A stretch of 64,000 nucleotides of DNA from the NCBI GenBank assembly GCA_963663405.2, contig CAXXSM010000004.1, forward strand, positions 29,450 through 93,449. The letters run 5' to 3'. The notes beneath the pieces were generated by a model. That model was not told where the DNA came from. It ran no database searches and was given only the letters and a program-made list of their open reading frames with translations. Positions 1-10,593 of this stretch are shown here, piece after piece. The stretch comes from a bacterium. GTDB taxonomy: Bacteria > Hinthialibacterota > Hinthialibacteria > Hinthialibacterales > Hinthialibacteraceae. Position numbers and translations under genes: made by a program. Numbering within the stretch: the first letter of the stretch is position 1; every line of letters begins with the position of its first letter.

Positions 1-560
1 TGGTCATGCGGTGCACGCCATAGAACGGATACCGGGTGTATTGTTCATCGATCATATTCATCAAACTCATAGTGCAACGGGTCTCGCCTGTTGGTTGATA
101 GTAATAGCCTGACCGGGAGAAACCCACGAGTTCGCATTGACGCAAAATGGAAATGTGTGGATGGTCCGGATCGATCCACGAGCGTTTGACCTCAACCGAA
201 AAGATCAAATTTTTTTTTCAGCCAGTCGAGTTCTACTTTCAACTGGCCGATCTGTTTGTACAACTCATCGATGAGCGCTTCCTGATCCTGGTCCGCTTTC
301 TCGCGCTTGCAGGAAAAGAGATTGGGCAACTCATCCATGACTTTTTTTTTCCATTGTCGGATCTGGTTTGGATGCACTTCGTGCAGACTGGCGAGTTCGG
401 ACAGGGTTTTCTCTCCCTTGATCGCGTTCAGAGCGACTTTGGCTTTGAACGCGCCGCTGAATTGTTTGCGTTTGTTCTTCATGGTCAATCCTCCAAGCCA
501 AGTTGTCGACTCGGCGGATTTCCACCTTAAACCACTGTCCGAATTTTGGAGGGCACTTCA
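1..560 (-). mobile_element. IS3-family insertion sequence, one end; runs off the window start
   Basis: Terminus reads TGAAGTGCCCTCCAAAATTCGGACA on - strand from 560 (IS3-type TG end). orfA at 192-488, then an orfB-like frame (IDPDHPHISILRQCELVGFSRSGYYY...YPFYG) joined through an A9 slippery run at ~210-218. Confidence 0.9.
192..488 (-). CDS. IS3-family transposase OrfA (HTH)
   Basis: RKQFSGAFKAKVAL...HPNQIRQWKK...LYKQIGQLKVELDWLKKK is a typical IS3 OrfA. Confidence 0.9.
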   Translation of the reverse strand: MTMKNKRKQFSGAFKAKVALNAIKGEKTLSELASLHEVHPNQIRQWKKKVMDELPNLFSCKREKADQDQEALIDELYKQIGQLKVELDWLKKKFDLFG

Positions 561-1000
561 CCTTATTTGATTTATCCTTATGTATGCTGACTTCCTTCGG
601 TTATTTCGAGGAGCCTGAAGACGATATTCTTGTTTTGAAGAATCTTTTTACGAATCTTAAACCGGGTGGTTTTTGCGTGATCGATGTAATGGGGAAAGAG
701 ATTCTCTCCAAAATATATCAAGCAACCACTTCTGATCAGACTTCAGATGGGACATTAATGATCGTTCGTCATAAAATCATGAAAGAATGGACGCGTATGG
801 GCAACGAGTGGATATTCGCATGCGATGGAAAAACAAAGACATTTCAAGTCGAACACGCGATCTATTCGGGCTTAGAATTAAAAGAGCGTATGGAGCAAGT
901 TGGATTTAAGGAAATTGATCTCTATGGTGATTTCGATGGAAATGAGTACGGTTATGACGCGCAACGCCTGATCGCTGTAGGGAAACGTCCGAATGACTAA
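561..1000 (+). pseudogene. 3' part of a class I SAM-dependent methyltransferase, interrupted by the IS3
   Basis: FDLSLCMLTSFGYF...LKPGG...IDV motifs start right at the IS end; the N-terminal SAM-binding motif is absent. Confidence 0.8.
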
Positions 1001-1182
1001 ACCAACCAAGTAAGCATTTCTTCTTTCATCTTGATATAGATCATAATTCGGAATTGTAACAGCACGCTGTTGAGACCGGGCATCGCGTTCAACTTCCATT
1101 CGTATTCCGCTTATATAATATGCAAAGGCATGAGGCATTGCTACAGGATTATTTTTCTTCAATATCATTTGGAGGGGCATAA

Positions 1183-3129
1183 ATGGAGAAGACAACATCC
1201 AGGATTCTTCGATCCCAACAGCTGACAGTAATTTGCATTGCTCTTTTCTGCTTCTTCTGGACTACGGCCAACGTTTCGAATAAATCGTTGAATAAAGTGT
1301 TGGGATGGGGAGAATTAATCGAGGCGATACGAGATGAACCTTCATTTCAAAAAGAAATTGATTGGCTTGTGCGACAAGCAAGAGAGGAAGTCAATAAAGG
1401 TTTGGTTCGTCGCGCTTACCGGCTAGAAGATATTGGTCTCCACAGAACATGGTTAGATGGCCGCTCTGAAGCGCTCGAAGATGAAATCCGTGAGACTTTC
1501 GCGCTGGCCATGAGCGATTTCGCGGCTTGCAATACACTATCGAGGATGCTGCCCATGGTAGCGGCCGCCGCGAAGATTACAAACGATACTCTTCTTCGAG
1601 AGCATGTGATCGCTCAGTTGGAAGAGATGAGCGGTTGGCAGCCTTTGCAACGCCCTGGTTGGACACTCTACAAGCCGGGAAACCGGCTGCCATCAGATGG
1701 AAAGGACGGAAATTGGTTAGCAACCGGTACAGGTGTACGCGCGATCATAACGACGCTGGAGATCATGGGAGATGACATCAGTGACACATTAAAAACATCT
1801 CTGGCTGATTTACTCGAAAAAGAAATTACAGGTGTGGTTGAGGATTGGGAATTCAAGAGGCCTTGGTTTGTTCGCAGTAACAACGCTATTACAAATCAAT
1901 GGGTTTTACCGACGGAAGGACTCGTGCGAGCGTGCTTGTATTTGGGTATCGACAAACACAAGGAGGCTTATGAACTGGGTGTAAAGAATTTACTGCAAGC
2001 CCTTTCCGTTCATGGAAAGGCCGGTGAGTTTGAAGAAGGAATCGGATACGCCGCTTTTACCTTAACTTCCATGCTACACACAGCGCGCGCCATGGCTGTC
2101 TTAAATGACCGGCGCGCTATTGAACATCCATTTCTAATCCATTTCCCGACTTGGGCTGTACACCATATCCAACCAGGGAGGATGTCTGTGAACTGTTTCG
2201 ACGCAGGAAACGCACAAATCTCCAAGGAGAATATGGTCTGGCGCTCCCTATTTTCTCTATTGGTATTTGGAACGGGAAGCGAAGTAGCCAACTGGGCTTT
2301 GCAGAACCAGTTTGATGGGCCATCCGAAGATCTAGCTGGTCTAGCGTGCCGCGTATTAAGCCGAGAAATAAGCCAAACGCCTCCCAAATCTTTCGCCGCT
2401 TATGACCGGGCGGCGATGGTTGTCTGGCGTGACAATTGGGGAAACGATGCCACTGGAGTTTGGATTCGTGGCGGTCACGAACTGGATCAGCACGATCACC
2501 AAGACCGGGGACACGTAAACTTTATTGCGCAAGGCAAACCGATACTAATTGAAGCCGGCACACCATCGTATTCCAATCCAGATATGGGTGTTCATTACGC
2601 TTCTGGCGCTGGCCATAACGTGTTGCAGATTGGAACGTTTTTTCCCGAGCGTCCTTATCCCGCGCAGACCACCCCACGCTATACTGGTTGGCAACAACCG
2701 GGTTGTGTATCGTCAATCACCGTACATCAGCTCAATGAGCAAAGAGGAAAAGTCCATGTCGAGTGCAGTGATTGCTATACGGAAACACGACAATGGCTAC
2801 GTGAAGTCGATTGGACAGCGCAAGAACTCTGTATCCGGGATATCGTTAGCCTGAAAGAAAGCAATGAGATCATACTATTTCGCTATCATCTTGGGACTAA
2901 TGAAACCATCCGGATAAAAAACGCAGATCATCGTTATGAAGTTCAGTGGTCCGACGCTGTAATTAATATCCTGGGAAGTGTACCTTTGGAACTTTCCCAG
3001 TATAAAGCGCCAGACTCGACAATAACGGCCAAAGAAGACTTCATGCATACCTGCTTGGAAATAAGAACTAAACAAGCAATCTCCGAAGTAAATATTGAAG
3101 TTACTGTAACGCCTATTCATACAAAATAA
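1183..3129 (+). CDS. Heparinase II/III-like polysaccharide lyase, secreted or membrane-anchored
   Basis: N-terminal hydrophobic segment; EEGIGY, HDHQDRGH, LIEAG..SY and GHNVL motifs. Confidence 0.8.
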   Translation: MEKTTSRILRSQQLTVICIALFCFFWTTANVSNKSLNKVLGWGELIEAIRDEPSFQKEIDWLVRQAREEVNKGLVRRAYRLEDIGLHRTWLDGRSEALEDEIRETFALAMSDFAACNTLSRMLPMVAAAAKITNDTLLREHVIAQLEEMSGWQPLQRPGWTLYKPGNRLPSDGKDGNWLATGTGVRAIITTLEIMGDDISDTLKTSLADLLEKEITGVVEDWEFKRPWFVRSNNAITNQWVLPTEGLVRACLYLGIDKHKEAYELGVKNLLQALSVHGKAGEFEEGIGYAAFTLTSMLHTARAMAVLNDRRAIEHPFLIHFPTWAVHHIQPGRMSVNCFDAGNAQISKENMVWRSLFSLLVFGTGSEVANWALQNQFDGPSEDLAGLACRVLSREISQTPPKSFAAYDRAAMVVWRDNWGNDATGVWIRGGHELDQHDHQDRGHVNFIAQGKPILIEAGTPSYSNPDMGVHYASGAGHNVLQIGTFFPERPYPAQTTPRYTGWQQPGCVSSITVHQLNEQRGKVHVECSDCYTETRQWLREVDWTAQELCIRDIVSLKESNEIILFRYHLGTNETIRIKNADHRYEVQWSDAVINILGSVPLELSQYKAPDSTITAKEDFMHTCLEIRTKQAISEVNIEVTVTPIHTK

Positions 3130-3268
3130 TTCCACCTGGAAATCCTCTTTTAGTTCCAAGCATTTGGATTTCTCAAATTACGCTTTCCCTTTTTCACTTC
3201 TTTTCAACATTGGATCAGTATATAAACTCTTTTTTCAAACACACGATTTTCAAAACGTTGCAGCGTAA

Positions 3269-3284
3269 CCGAAAAATATATAAA
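3269..3284 (+). promoter_or_regulatory. Archaeal-like BRE+TATA motif, probable original promoter of module copy 1; a divergent TATA lies at 3219-3226
   Basis: CCGAAAAA-TATATAAA; positional equivalent of 33841-33856 once the IS at 3307-5414 is removed. Confidence 0.5.
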
Positions 3285-3306
3285 TCCTCTCTTGTTTCCA
3301 CTCTAG

Positions 3307-5414
3307 CCTGAATTTCCACAAGTACTAATTCCCCTAAGAAAACCTATCTAAATTATTGTTATCAATCCATCCCCAGGATCATTTTCTTCAAAGATTGTTC
3401 GGAAAAAATCACATTTTTCAGACTCCGACAAAAATAATGTGTCTTTTTATGCTTAGTTAAATAATAAATCTATAAAGTGCTTGTGTACTTAGATAATACC
3501 AACTATAATATAGATATAAATTACTCTTCTCCAATATATATAGACTTATTTGCGATAGGGTGGATGAGACTATGAGATAGAAGGAGATACAAACCTTATG
3601 TCTACGTTAAGGAATCCGCTAAGACACGAAGCCAAATTCTTCTTGGAACCAGAGAATCCAAAACAACGTCAGTACGAGGCTCTGCGAGCTTATTTTGTTG
3701 AAAATATTCCTGCCAAGGACGCTGCCTACCGTTTTGGATACACACCAGGCGCGTTTCATGTCCTTTGTCACCAGTTTCGCCATGATCCTGATAAAGTATT
3801 TTTTGTCCAAACTCGACCCGGGCCAAAACACAGTCCCAAGAAAGATATTTCTAGAGAACGGATTATTCAACTTCGTAAGAAAAATTATTCGGTGCAGGAT
3901 ATTCACTTCACTTTGAAAGAAGAAGGATTGAACCTCAGTACTGTATCCATTTGGACAATCCTCAAACAAGAAGGTTTTTCACGCCTCCCCAGACGAGCTG
4001 ATGAGGAGCGGCCGAAAAGACCCAGGCCTGAACAAGCCGCTTATGCCGATATTCGGGAACTCTCGTTTACTCCACGCGTTATTGAAACACACCTTGGAGG
4101 TGTATTTTTACTTTATCGAATTCTGGCCGAGATGAAAATTCATAAGATCCCCAAATCTTTACAATGGTATGGATCCAAAATGATCCCTCCAGAAAACGCC
4201 TTTCTCTCTTCTTTATTGCTCAAGTTAATCGGCAAGGAAAGAAAAAGCCACGTCATGGATTTAGTGTTCGATGAAGGGGTGGCTCTTGCGAATGGCCTGA
4301 ACGTCGTTCCCAAGACCGCGTATATTTCAGAATACTCGGAAAGGATTACTCATGAAGACAATCTGAATTTTATGCATTATTGGCTCAAGAATCTTAGAAA
4401 AACGAATTGCATAAAAGGAAAATCCTTCAATTTGGATTTTCAATCCATTCCCTATTTTGGGGAAGAAGATGTGATTGAAAAGCATTATGTTTCCATGCGT
4501 TCTCGCCGTCAAAAAGCCATTTTAGTGTTCTTTGCCCAGGATGCGGAATCGAAAATATTTTGTTACAGCAATTCGGATTTGCGAAAAGGAGAGGAGTCGG
4601 ATGAAATCTTTCGATTTATCGAATTCTGGAAAAAACAAACGGGAAGGAAGCCTCCTCACTTGGTCTTTGATTCACAGCTGACAACCTACAAAAACTTATC
4701 TAAACTGAACCATGAAAATATCACTTTTGTCACTCTAAGGAGGAGAACTCCTCAACTTCTTCAAGAAATTGCGAATGTGCCCCTTTCCGCATGGCGGCGA
4801 ATTAAACTGAGTAATGTGGCCAGGAAATATAAGACTCCGAAAGTGATCGATAAGGAAATACAACTCCGAGATTATAATGGTGTTGTCAGACAACTATTCG
4901 TAAAAGAACTGGGACATGACCTTCCTACTATCATTATTACGAATGATAAAAAAACCTCCTCCTCCGAACTCATTTCACGGTATGCTCGGAGAATGTTGAT
5001 CGAAAATTCTATAGCCAATGGAGTGGATTTCTTTCATAATCGAGCCCTATCATCTTCCGTCGCCATTCGAATTGATTTTGATGTTCTTTTGACTCTTGTC
5101 GGTCAGGCCACTTATCACATATTGGCTAAAAAACTACGAGGATACGAATATTGTGGAGCCGACGTGATTTTCCGAAAATTCATCGATACTCCAGCCAAGA
5201 TCTTCATCGGGAAAAAAGAGATAGAGATACGATTGAACAAACGGGCCAACAATCCTATACTTCTTGAATCGGGCTTAATCAATACTACCTTTAAACTGCC
5301 ATGGGTGAATAACAAAAATTTTATAATTACTCTTCGCTAAGTTTCACAATATGGATTCATGTAATACGTTTATTAGTTAATTTCTTAGATTAATTATTGA
5401 AGTGGAAATCCAGG
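3307..5414 (+). mobile_element. Complete IS with DDE transposase (IS1380/IS4-superfamily-like)
   Basis: Terminal inverted repeats CCTGAATTTCCAC (3307-3319) and GTGGAAATCCAGG (5402-5414), 1 mismatch. CTAG on both flanks (3303-3306, 5415-5418) is a 4-bp target duplication or part of the ends. Confidence 0.9.
3598..5340 (+). CDS. DDE transposase
   Basis: N-terminal HTHs; LDFQSIPYFG / LVFDS / YARRMLIENSI triad; enclosed by inverted repeats. Confidence 0.88.
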   Translation: MSTLRNPLRHEAKFFLEPENPKQRQYEALRAYFVENIPAKDAAYRFGYTPGAFHVLCHQFRHDPDKVFFVQTRPGPKHSPKKDISRERIIQLRKKNYSVQDIHFTLKEEGLNLSTVSIWTILKQEGFSRLPRRADEERPKRPRPEQAAYADIRELSFTPRVIETHLGGVFLLYRILAEMKIHKIPKSLQWYGSKMIPPENAFLSSLLLKLIGKERKSHVMDLVFDEGVALANGLNVVPKTAYISEYSERITHEDNLNFMHYWLKNLRKTNCIKGKSFNLDFQSIPYFGEEDVIEKHYVSMRSRRQKAILVFFAQDAESKIFCYSNSDLRKGEESDEIFRFIEFWKKQTGRKPPHLVFDSQLTTYKNLSKLNHENITFVTLRRRTPQLLQEIANVPLSAWRRIKLSNVARKYKTPKVIDKEIQLRDYNGVVRQLFVKELGHDLPTIIITNDKKTSSSELISRYARRMLIENSIANGVDFFHNRALSSSVAIRIDFDVLLTLVGQATYHILAKKLRGYEYCGADVIFRKFIDTPAKIFIGKKEIEIRLNKRANNPILLESGLINTTFKLPWVNNKNFIITLR

Positions 5415-5418
5415 CTAG

Positions 5419-5790
5419 CGTAAAAACCAAAAACAGCTACCGGAACATTCCATTCTCTGCCACACAAGACAGATGACGAATGTTCGCTTGAGCTGTTAGA
5501 ACTCGAGACCTTTTCGCAAATCCGGGGGATACAGGTGTAATAACCTGAACCGTTGAACGGCGACATCCATTAGGTCTCGCAATTGTACTGTCTACATTGT
5601 TCTCGACGAGAACGTGCGAGACAACGATTTCTGTAGTGAAAACTCTACTCATCTTCGCTTTATAAACACACCAATATTCTACAAGAAAATTCAATCCCAA
5701 TACATTCAAAGAAAGGAGGTCCCGTTTTTAAAATTGAGATGGAATTCATGCCCCGACAGGCGCCCAAGTGACCTGCCGGGTCAAAGAAAA
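5419..5790 (+). ncRNA. Putative structured leader RNA or ssDNA element, copy 1
   Basis: Stems 5432-5438/5491-5497, 5443-5450/5478-5485, 5504-5511/5572-5579, 5752-5760/5772-5780; motifs AACCGTTGAACxGCGA and TAGTGAAxACTCT shared with 33880-34225. Confidence 0.55.
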
Positions 5791-5806
5791 ATGGAGGTAA
5801 AGAACA

Positions 5807-6073
5807 ATGAATCAACCCAATTTAGTGATTGACAAACTTGGAGAGAAATCGATGCAAACAATTGTATCAAGAAGAGTCTTTGAAACATTGACTCCAGAAC
5901 AGATTCATCAAGCGTTTACGATTCTCTTTGAGAAAATGAAAGTTCCTGATCCGGACAATCCCAACCTTTGGACCGTGCATGTCAGGGATCACAGGTTATG
6001 GGGCATTCTGGATGAAGGAGCCGGTACTGATGGGCAAGATCTCGTATCTCTGATCTATCCCGAGGATTATTAG
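5807..6073 (+). CDS. Small MGE protein with C-terminal LIYPEDY motif
   Basis: GGAGG RBS; paralog at 34240-34503; PExY-type tail resembles DUF960-like mobile-element proteins. Confidence 0.85.
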   Translation: MNQPNLVIDKLGEKSMQTIVSRRVFETLTPEQIHQAFTILFEKMKVPDPDNPNLWTVHVRDHRLWGILDEGAGTDGQDLVSLIYPEDY

Positions 6074-6110
6074 TTGAAGTACCAAAAATGATGAAGGAGG
6101 TTAGAACACA

Positions 6111-6545
6111 ATGAAAAATAATAAAGGATATCGAATGATGAAGGTCCATTACACTATCGTAGATGGAGAAGAGGAGTATTTCGTGTCACTTTCAATGAAA
6201 TTAGATCTCAAAAACAATACAGAACAAGCTTACAAAGCGCTCGCTGCAATGTTTTCGTGGGACGACAAAGAGGAAGAGCATGATATCATGACCGCCCTAA
6301 AAACCGATGGAATGGCAATGGTAGGCCATAGAGGAATTAAGGACGTATCTGTTTTGGAATTGGATACAATCACTGTGTTTGTACGTGGTGGCGTTATCCA
6401 GGATATTCAAAACATCCCTGCTGGCGTAAGAATCCGTGTGCAGGATTATGATGTAGGCAGTCTCACCAAACAAGAGTTACTCAAGGAAACTGAACCCGAT
6501 GAGGAAGGCGATCCATGCATAGTCTCCATCTGGGGAAATGAGTAA
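6111..6545 (+). CDS. Acidic hypothetical protein (VRGGVIQDI...VRVQDYD domain)
   Basis: AAGGAGG RBS; paralog at 34536-34973. Confidence 0.85.
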   Translation: MKNNKGYRMMKVHYTIVDGEEEYFVSLSMKLDLKNNTEQAYKALAAMFSWDDKEEEHDIMTALKTDGMAMVGHRGIKDVSVLELDTITVFVRGGVIQDIQNIPAGVRIRVQDYDVGSLTKQELLKETEPDEEGDPCIVSIWGNE

Positions 6546-6676
6546 ACCACTCTCATATCACTCACTCCTTAAACAATCCCACACAAGATATTGATCCCCC
6601 ACAAAAGTGATTCCCTAAGTCAACATATTCAATCGAGATGTTGAATCAAAACTCTTCTATTAATTCACATGGCAAA

Positions 6677-6715
6677 GGCCGGATGGAATCCAGATTCTGT
6701 TCGGCCATTTTTTTT
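6677..6715 (+). terminator. Intrinsic terminator-like hairpin inside the module
   Basis: GGCCGGATGGAAT...ATTCTGTTCGGCC + T8; pairing is kept in copy 2 at 35103-35137. Confidence 0.7.
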
Positions 6716-6752
6716 GTCACAAAAAAAACCAATCAAAGAAAGGAAAAAAGAT

Positions 6753-6989
6753 ATGTGTATCAAAGAAATCCAATGCCCACATTGTGGAAATGAAAATGTG
6801 GAACGTATTCAGCTTTGCGTCGTACTCCCATCCAGCATCTACCGCAATCTCTACCAGGATGAACGCGGTTTGATTTGGGCGGAGGAGGAAATCGAGAGCG
6901 TTGATGACGGCATCAATCCGGTAATGGAATATCTTTACTGCAAAAACTGCGAACGGGATTTCTCCGATCCTGGTATCAAGATCCAATGA
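6753..6989 (+). CDS. Small acidic Zn-ribbon protein (CPHC...CKNC)
   Basis: 78 aa, near-identical to 35182-35418; AAAGGA RBS. Confidence 0.85.
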   Translation: MCIKEIQCPHCGNENVERIQLCVVLPSSIYRNLYQDERGLIWAEEEIESVDDGINPVMEYLYCKNCERDFSDPGIKIQ

Positions 6990-7045
6990 TCTGCTCTCAA
7001 TCTATGAACGAATGATTTCGGGCGTAAAGCCCGCAAACGAACAAA

Positions 7046-7069
7046 CCCGGCAATTGCCGGGATTTTTTT
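7046..7069 (+). terminator. Terminator-like hairpin just before the AAA gene RBS
   Basis: CCCGGCAATTGCCGGG + T7; equivalent hairpin at 37664-37689. Confidence 0.65.
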
Positions 7070-7089
7070 CATTAGAAAGGAGAAAAAAT

Positions 7090-8185
7090 ATGAATACTAT
7101 TACCTGTCAACTTTGTGGAGAATCAATCCATGGCGCTTTATATGGCCACTTGGGTGAATGTCACCGCACAACAGCGCAGGAGTACCTGAAGCAATATCCA
7201 GGCGCTCCATTAGTGGCGCCGGCATTGCTCAATCAGATCCAATCCGGCAAAACCATCAAACGAACACCAGTAAATGCAAGCGAAGAGTTCCGCATTCATG
7301 ACGCGGCGCTCAAAAAGCGTAATGGCGCTAATCCTATGGCGCCTAACCTCGATCCACATTATCAGTTCCCGCCTGAAGCCGCTTACTTGATTCACGCTAT
7401 CAACCATCAGGAAAACGTCATGATTGTTGGTCCCACGGGCACGGGTAAATCATCGTTGGTTATACAGCTTGCTGCCCAAACCAATACTCCTTTACGGCGT
7501 TGCAACCTGAGTGGTGAGACCACGGTCTCTGATTTCTTGGGCCGCTGGACTGTACGTGGTAAAGAGATGGTCTACAGCGAAGGCATCTTACCCACTGCGA
7601 TGAAGAACGGTGACTGGCTATTACTGGATGAGATCGACGCGGCTCTGCCGAACATCCTGTTCGTGCTCCAGAGCGTACTCGAAGAATGCGGTAAACTCGT
7701 GCTTCTCGAAAAAGATGGTGAGATTATCGTTCCTCACCCCAATTTCCGTATCATCGCCACCGCCAACACGATCGGTAATGGGGATGAATCCGGATTGTAT
7801 GCGGGTACTCAGATTCTGAACGAGGCGTTCAAGGACCGTTTCGACACAGTCATCTATCTGGACTACCCGGATGAGAAGATCGAAACGGAAAATTCTGTCT
7901 CAAAAAGTATCCAACCTGAAAAAGACTGATATCAAACGTTTGGTGAAATGCGCACGCCAAGTCCGGGAAGCAGCGGAACGCGAAGAGTGTTATTGCAGTT
8001 TCTCGACACGGCGGTTACTCGCATTTGCTAGAAAGTACGATCAACTCGGTAACCTGATCAAAGCATTGGAACTGACTGTTCTCAACAAACTTTCCCGGGA
8101 TGACCGGCGCGTGGTCGAAGAGATCGCGCAACGGCGCCTGGGAGACCTCATGAATCCCCAACCGGCAGGAGCGAATGAATCATGA
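7090..8185 (+). pseudogene. MoxR/CbbQ/CobS-like AAA+ ATPase with N-terminal C2H2-like Zn finger; frameshift near 7890
   Basis: GPTGTGKS, LLLDEID, IATANT, AFKDRF, FSTRRL; one extra A relative to the intact paralog 37707-38801. Confidence 0.88.
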
Positions 8186-10061
8186 AAAACCTTAACGGAT
8201 TAGAAACCACCATGGAGCGTGTCGGACGGATCTTGTCACGCAAGTACAACATCTCCGTCCGATGCAAAGGAAACGAATGCAAGACCGACGGTCAGACCAT
8301 CTGGTTGCCAGCTTTACCGGACAACATCTCAGAGTCGTTGTGGAATTTAGTTCGTGGCGAGCTCGATCACGAGACCGCCCATATCCTCTTCAGCGACTTT
8401 GATGGCCCTATGAAAGATTTCAAACAGAAATGGGGCGATTTCGGATTTGATACACTCAATGTCATCGAAGACGTTCGAGTCAATTATGCTATGCAGAAAG
8501 AGTATCCGGGCTCACGGCAAAACATTCTGCACAGCATCGAAGAGATCACCCAAACTCATCCCATCGATCAAATGCCTTTGCCAATTCGGTTCTTATGCAG
8601 CCTGTTCCTCGCCGGAATGGATCTGCCATATGACCCGTACGGCGAAGACGCGATTGAAATGGTAGAACAATTTAAGAACGATGCGGAGCGGTTCAAATCC
8701 CTTCGCAATACCAACGAAGCATGTGAGATGGCGGAAAGCATTCTGAAGCGTTTGAAACGCCAAGCAGAGAAAGAGAGACAATCTTCAAGTTCCCAGCAAT
8801 CTAAGAATAAACAAGGGAATCAAGAATCACAGTCTCAATCCTCTTCCTGTGAAACCGACCAACAATCGCCTGAGGAAGATCTCCAATCTTCACAAATCGA
8901 TTCCTCTAGCGGGGATGAACAATCTGATAATCTGCACAGAGATCTTGAGGATCATAAGGATGATCCTGGGGATCAACAAGATGATTCGAGCTCAAAGTCG
9001 CCTTTCAGCTCGAACAGCAGCAAATCAGATAAGACTGGGGATGCTGATCAAAGCGCCTTGGAGCAGGCGCTAGCCGGACAATACTCATCCACCGGTCATC
9101 CATTCGAGCTCCAGGGAACTATCAGAGAGCAAGTACAAGAAGAATTCGGTAGTGGAACAAACCAAGCCTACCGGGTATACGATCCATCGCTGGATAAAGC
9201 CGTTACGCCTCTAGTACTGGATAATGGAGAAACCTATCAGAATCTAAGCAATGTCGTTCGTCCCCATGTAGGCGCTCTTCGACAACAGTTGATTCGGACT
9301 CTCCGATCGCGCGATGCCAGGTTCTGGGTCAGCGACCAGGAATAAGGCCAAGTCAATAGCAAAAGGCTTTACGCGCTGCTCAATCAAGGCTCGAACAAAG
9401 TCTTCCGGCAGATCCGAGAATGCGAATCCGATTCCGTAGCCGTTTCGCTTCTTATCGATCTATCCGGCTCAATGAACGGACCACGGATCTACCTGGCTCG
9501 TCAGGTCGCTATTCTGTTCGCTGAAACACTCAACCAGCTGCGTATCCCCTCGGAAGTGATCGGTTTTACCACCGAACCTTCTAAACGGGCCTTCGCGAGA
9601 TTGACACGGGAAACGGGAATGGATTTACAGGAACTCTCTAAACTCTATACCCGCTTTTTCCCTGCGTCTATTCCATCTTCAAAGCGTTTGAGGAACCGTT
9701 CCGGGCTCTGAAGCCTCGTGTCCCCGCTATGAACGCCCTGGAATACACGCCCATCGACGACGCCATCATTTTCACTGCGAAACGGATTGTCGTTCGGAAG
9801 GAAACTTGGAAGATCATCCTAGTCCTCACGGATGGAGAACCGTACAGCGGGAATCCGGCGATGCAGCTGACTGTCATCAAACATCTCGAAGAGAACCTGC
9901 ACAAATGCGAACAGGCCGGAATCGAGTGTGTGGCTGTTGGCATAAAAACAGACTACGTAAAGAATTTCTTCAAAGAAAACGTAGTCGTTCAAAACCTGCC
10001 TGAACTCCCAAAAGTGTTCTACACCAAGTTCTCCGAACTCCTCCGCAGAAACCGCAAATAA
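8182..10061 (+). pseudogene. CobT-like protein (HExxH domain, acidic linker, vWA); nonsense at 9343-9345 and frameshift near 9655
   Basis: LDHETAH, DLSGSM MIDAS, LTDGEP; GAA>TAA relative to copy 2. Confidence 0.88.
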
Positions 10062-10104
10062 CCTGCAACAAATAACCATTCTGTTTTTGAAAGGAGATTT
10101 ATCA

Positions 10105-10572
10105 ATGGGTAACTCTGTCCAAAATCCGCCCTGTTTCGCCCTGTTTGACCCCATCACACCGGAATGCGCGAGCTGTGGTATCCAAACCGATTGCATGCGT
10201 GAACAAGAGAAACATCTCAGCGATCCTGATTCGTACCAATGTCAATCCAGTGTGAAATCGCCGGAAACATCGAATCCAAAGCCAACAAGAAAGGAGAAAT
10301 TACCTGCAAAATATCAAGTTACCAGTTCTGGAGATGAGCAATACATCCCCGAACACACCCGCAAACCGTTGGAAATCCCACCGGTTGGTTCAACGATTCA
10401 AACCACCTACCGGGGCCAGGTTTACGAAGCCGTCATCGTAGATGATCCATCCAACAAACGCTCTGACGGTCGATCCATCCTGTTCAATGGAACCGTCTAT
10501 CGAACGCTGACAGCAGCAGCGCACGCCATTGCGCCTGGAATCAATTCCGGATCGGTCTGGCAAGAAATCTAA
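10105..10572 (+). CDS. Cys-motif protein with C-terminal RAMA/DUF2924-like domain
   Basis: CF...ECASCGIQTDC N-terminus; GSTIQTTYRG..YEA.I...ILFNGTVYRTLTAAAHAI...NSG..W; paralog at 40722-41192. Confidence 0.75.
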   Translation: MGNSVQNPPCFALFDPITPECASCGIQTDCMREQEKHLSDPDSYQCQSSVKSPETSNPKPTRKEKLPAKYQVTSSGDEQYIPEHTRKPLEIPPVGSTIQTTYRGQVYEAVIVDDPSNKRSDGRSILFNGTVYRTLTAAAHAIAPGINSGSVWQEI

Positions 10573-10593
10573 AAAACCAGAAAGGAAAATATC

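Noticed and set aside
503-560. Start of the 165-aa ORF at 503
   Set aside because: These codons come from the IS3 end, not from the methyltransferase.
3130-3143. Extra ORB-like boxes (TTCCACCTGGAAAT; also ~33914 and ~41620)
   Set aside because: Four-base spacer instead of three, and not near cdc6; the one at 33914 is part of a hairpin.
7090-10061. Cobalamin biosynthesis (cobS/cobT)
   Set aside because: No cobN or other cob genes; mobile-element context and duplication argue for a different role.
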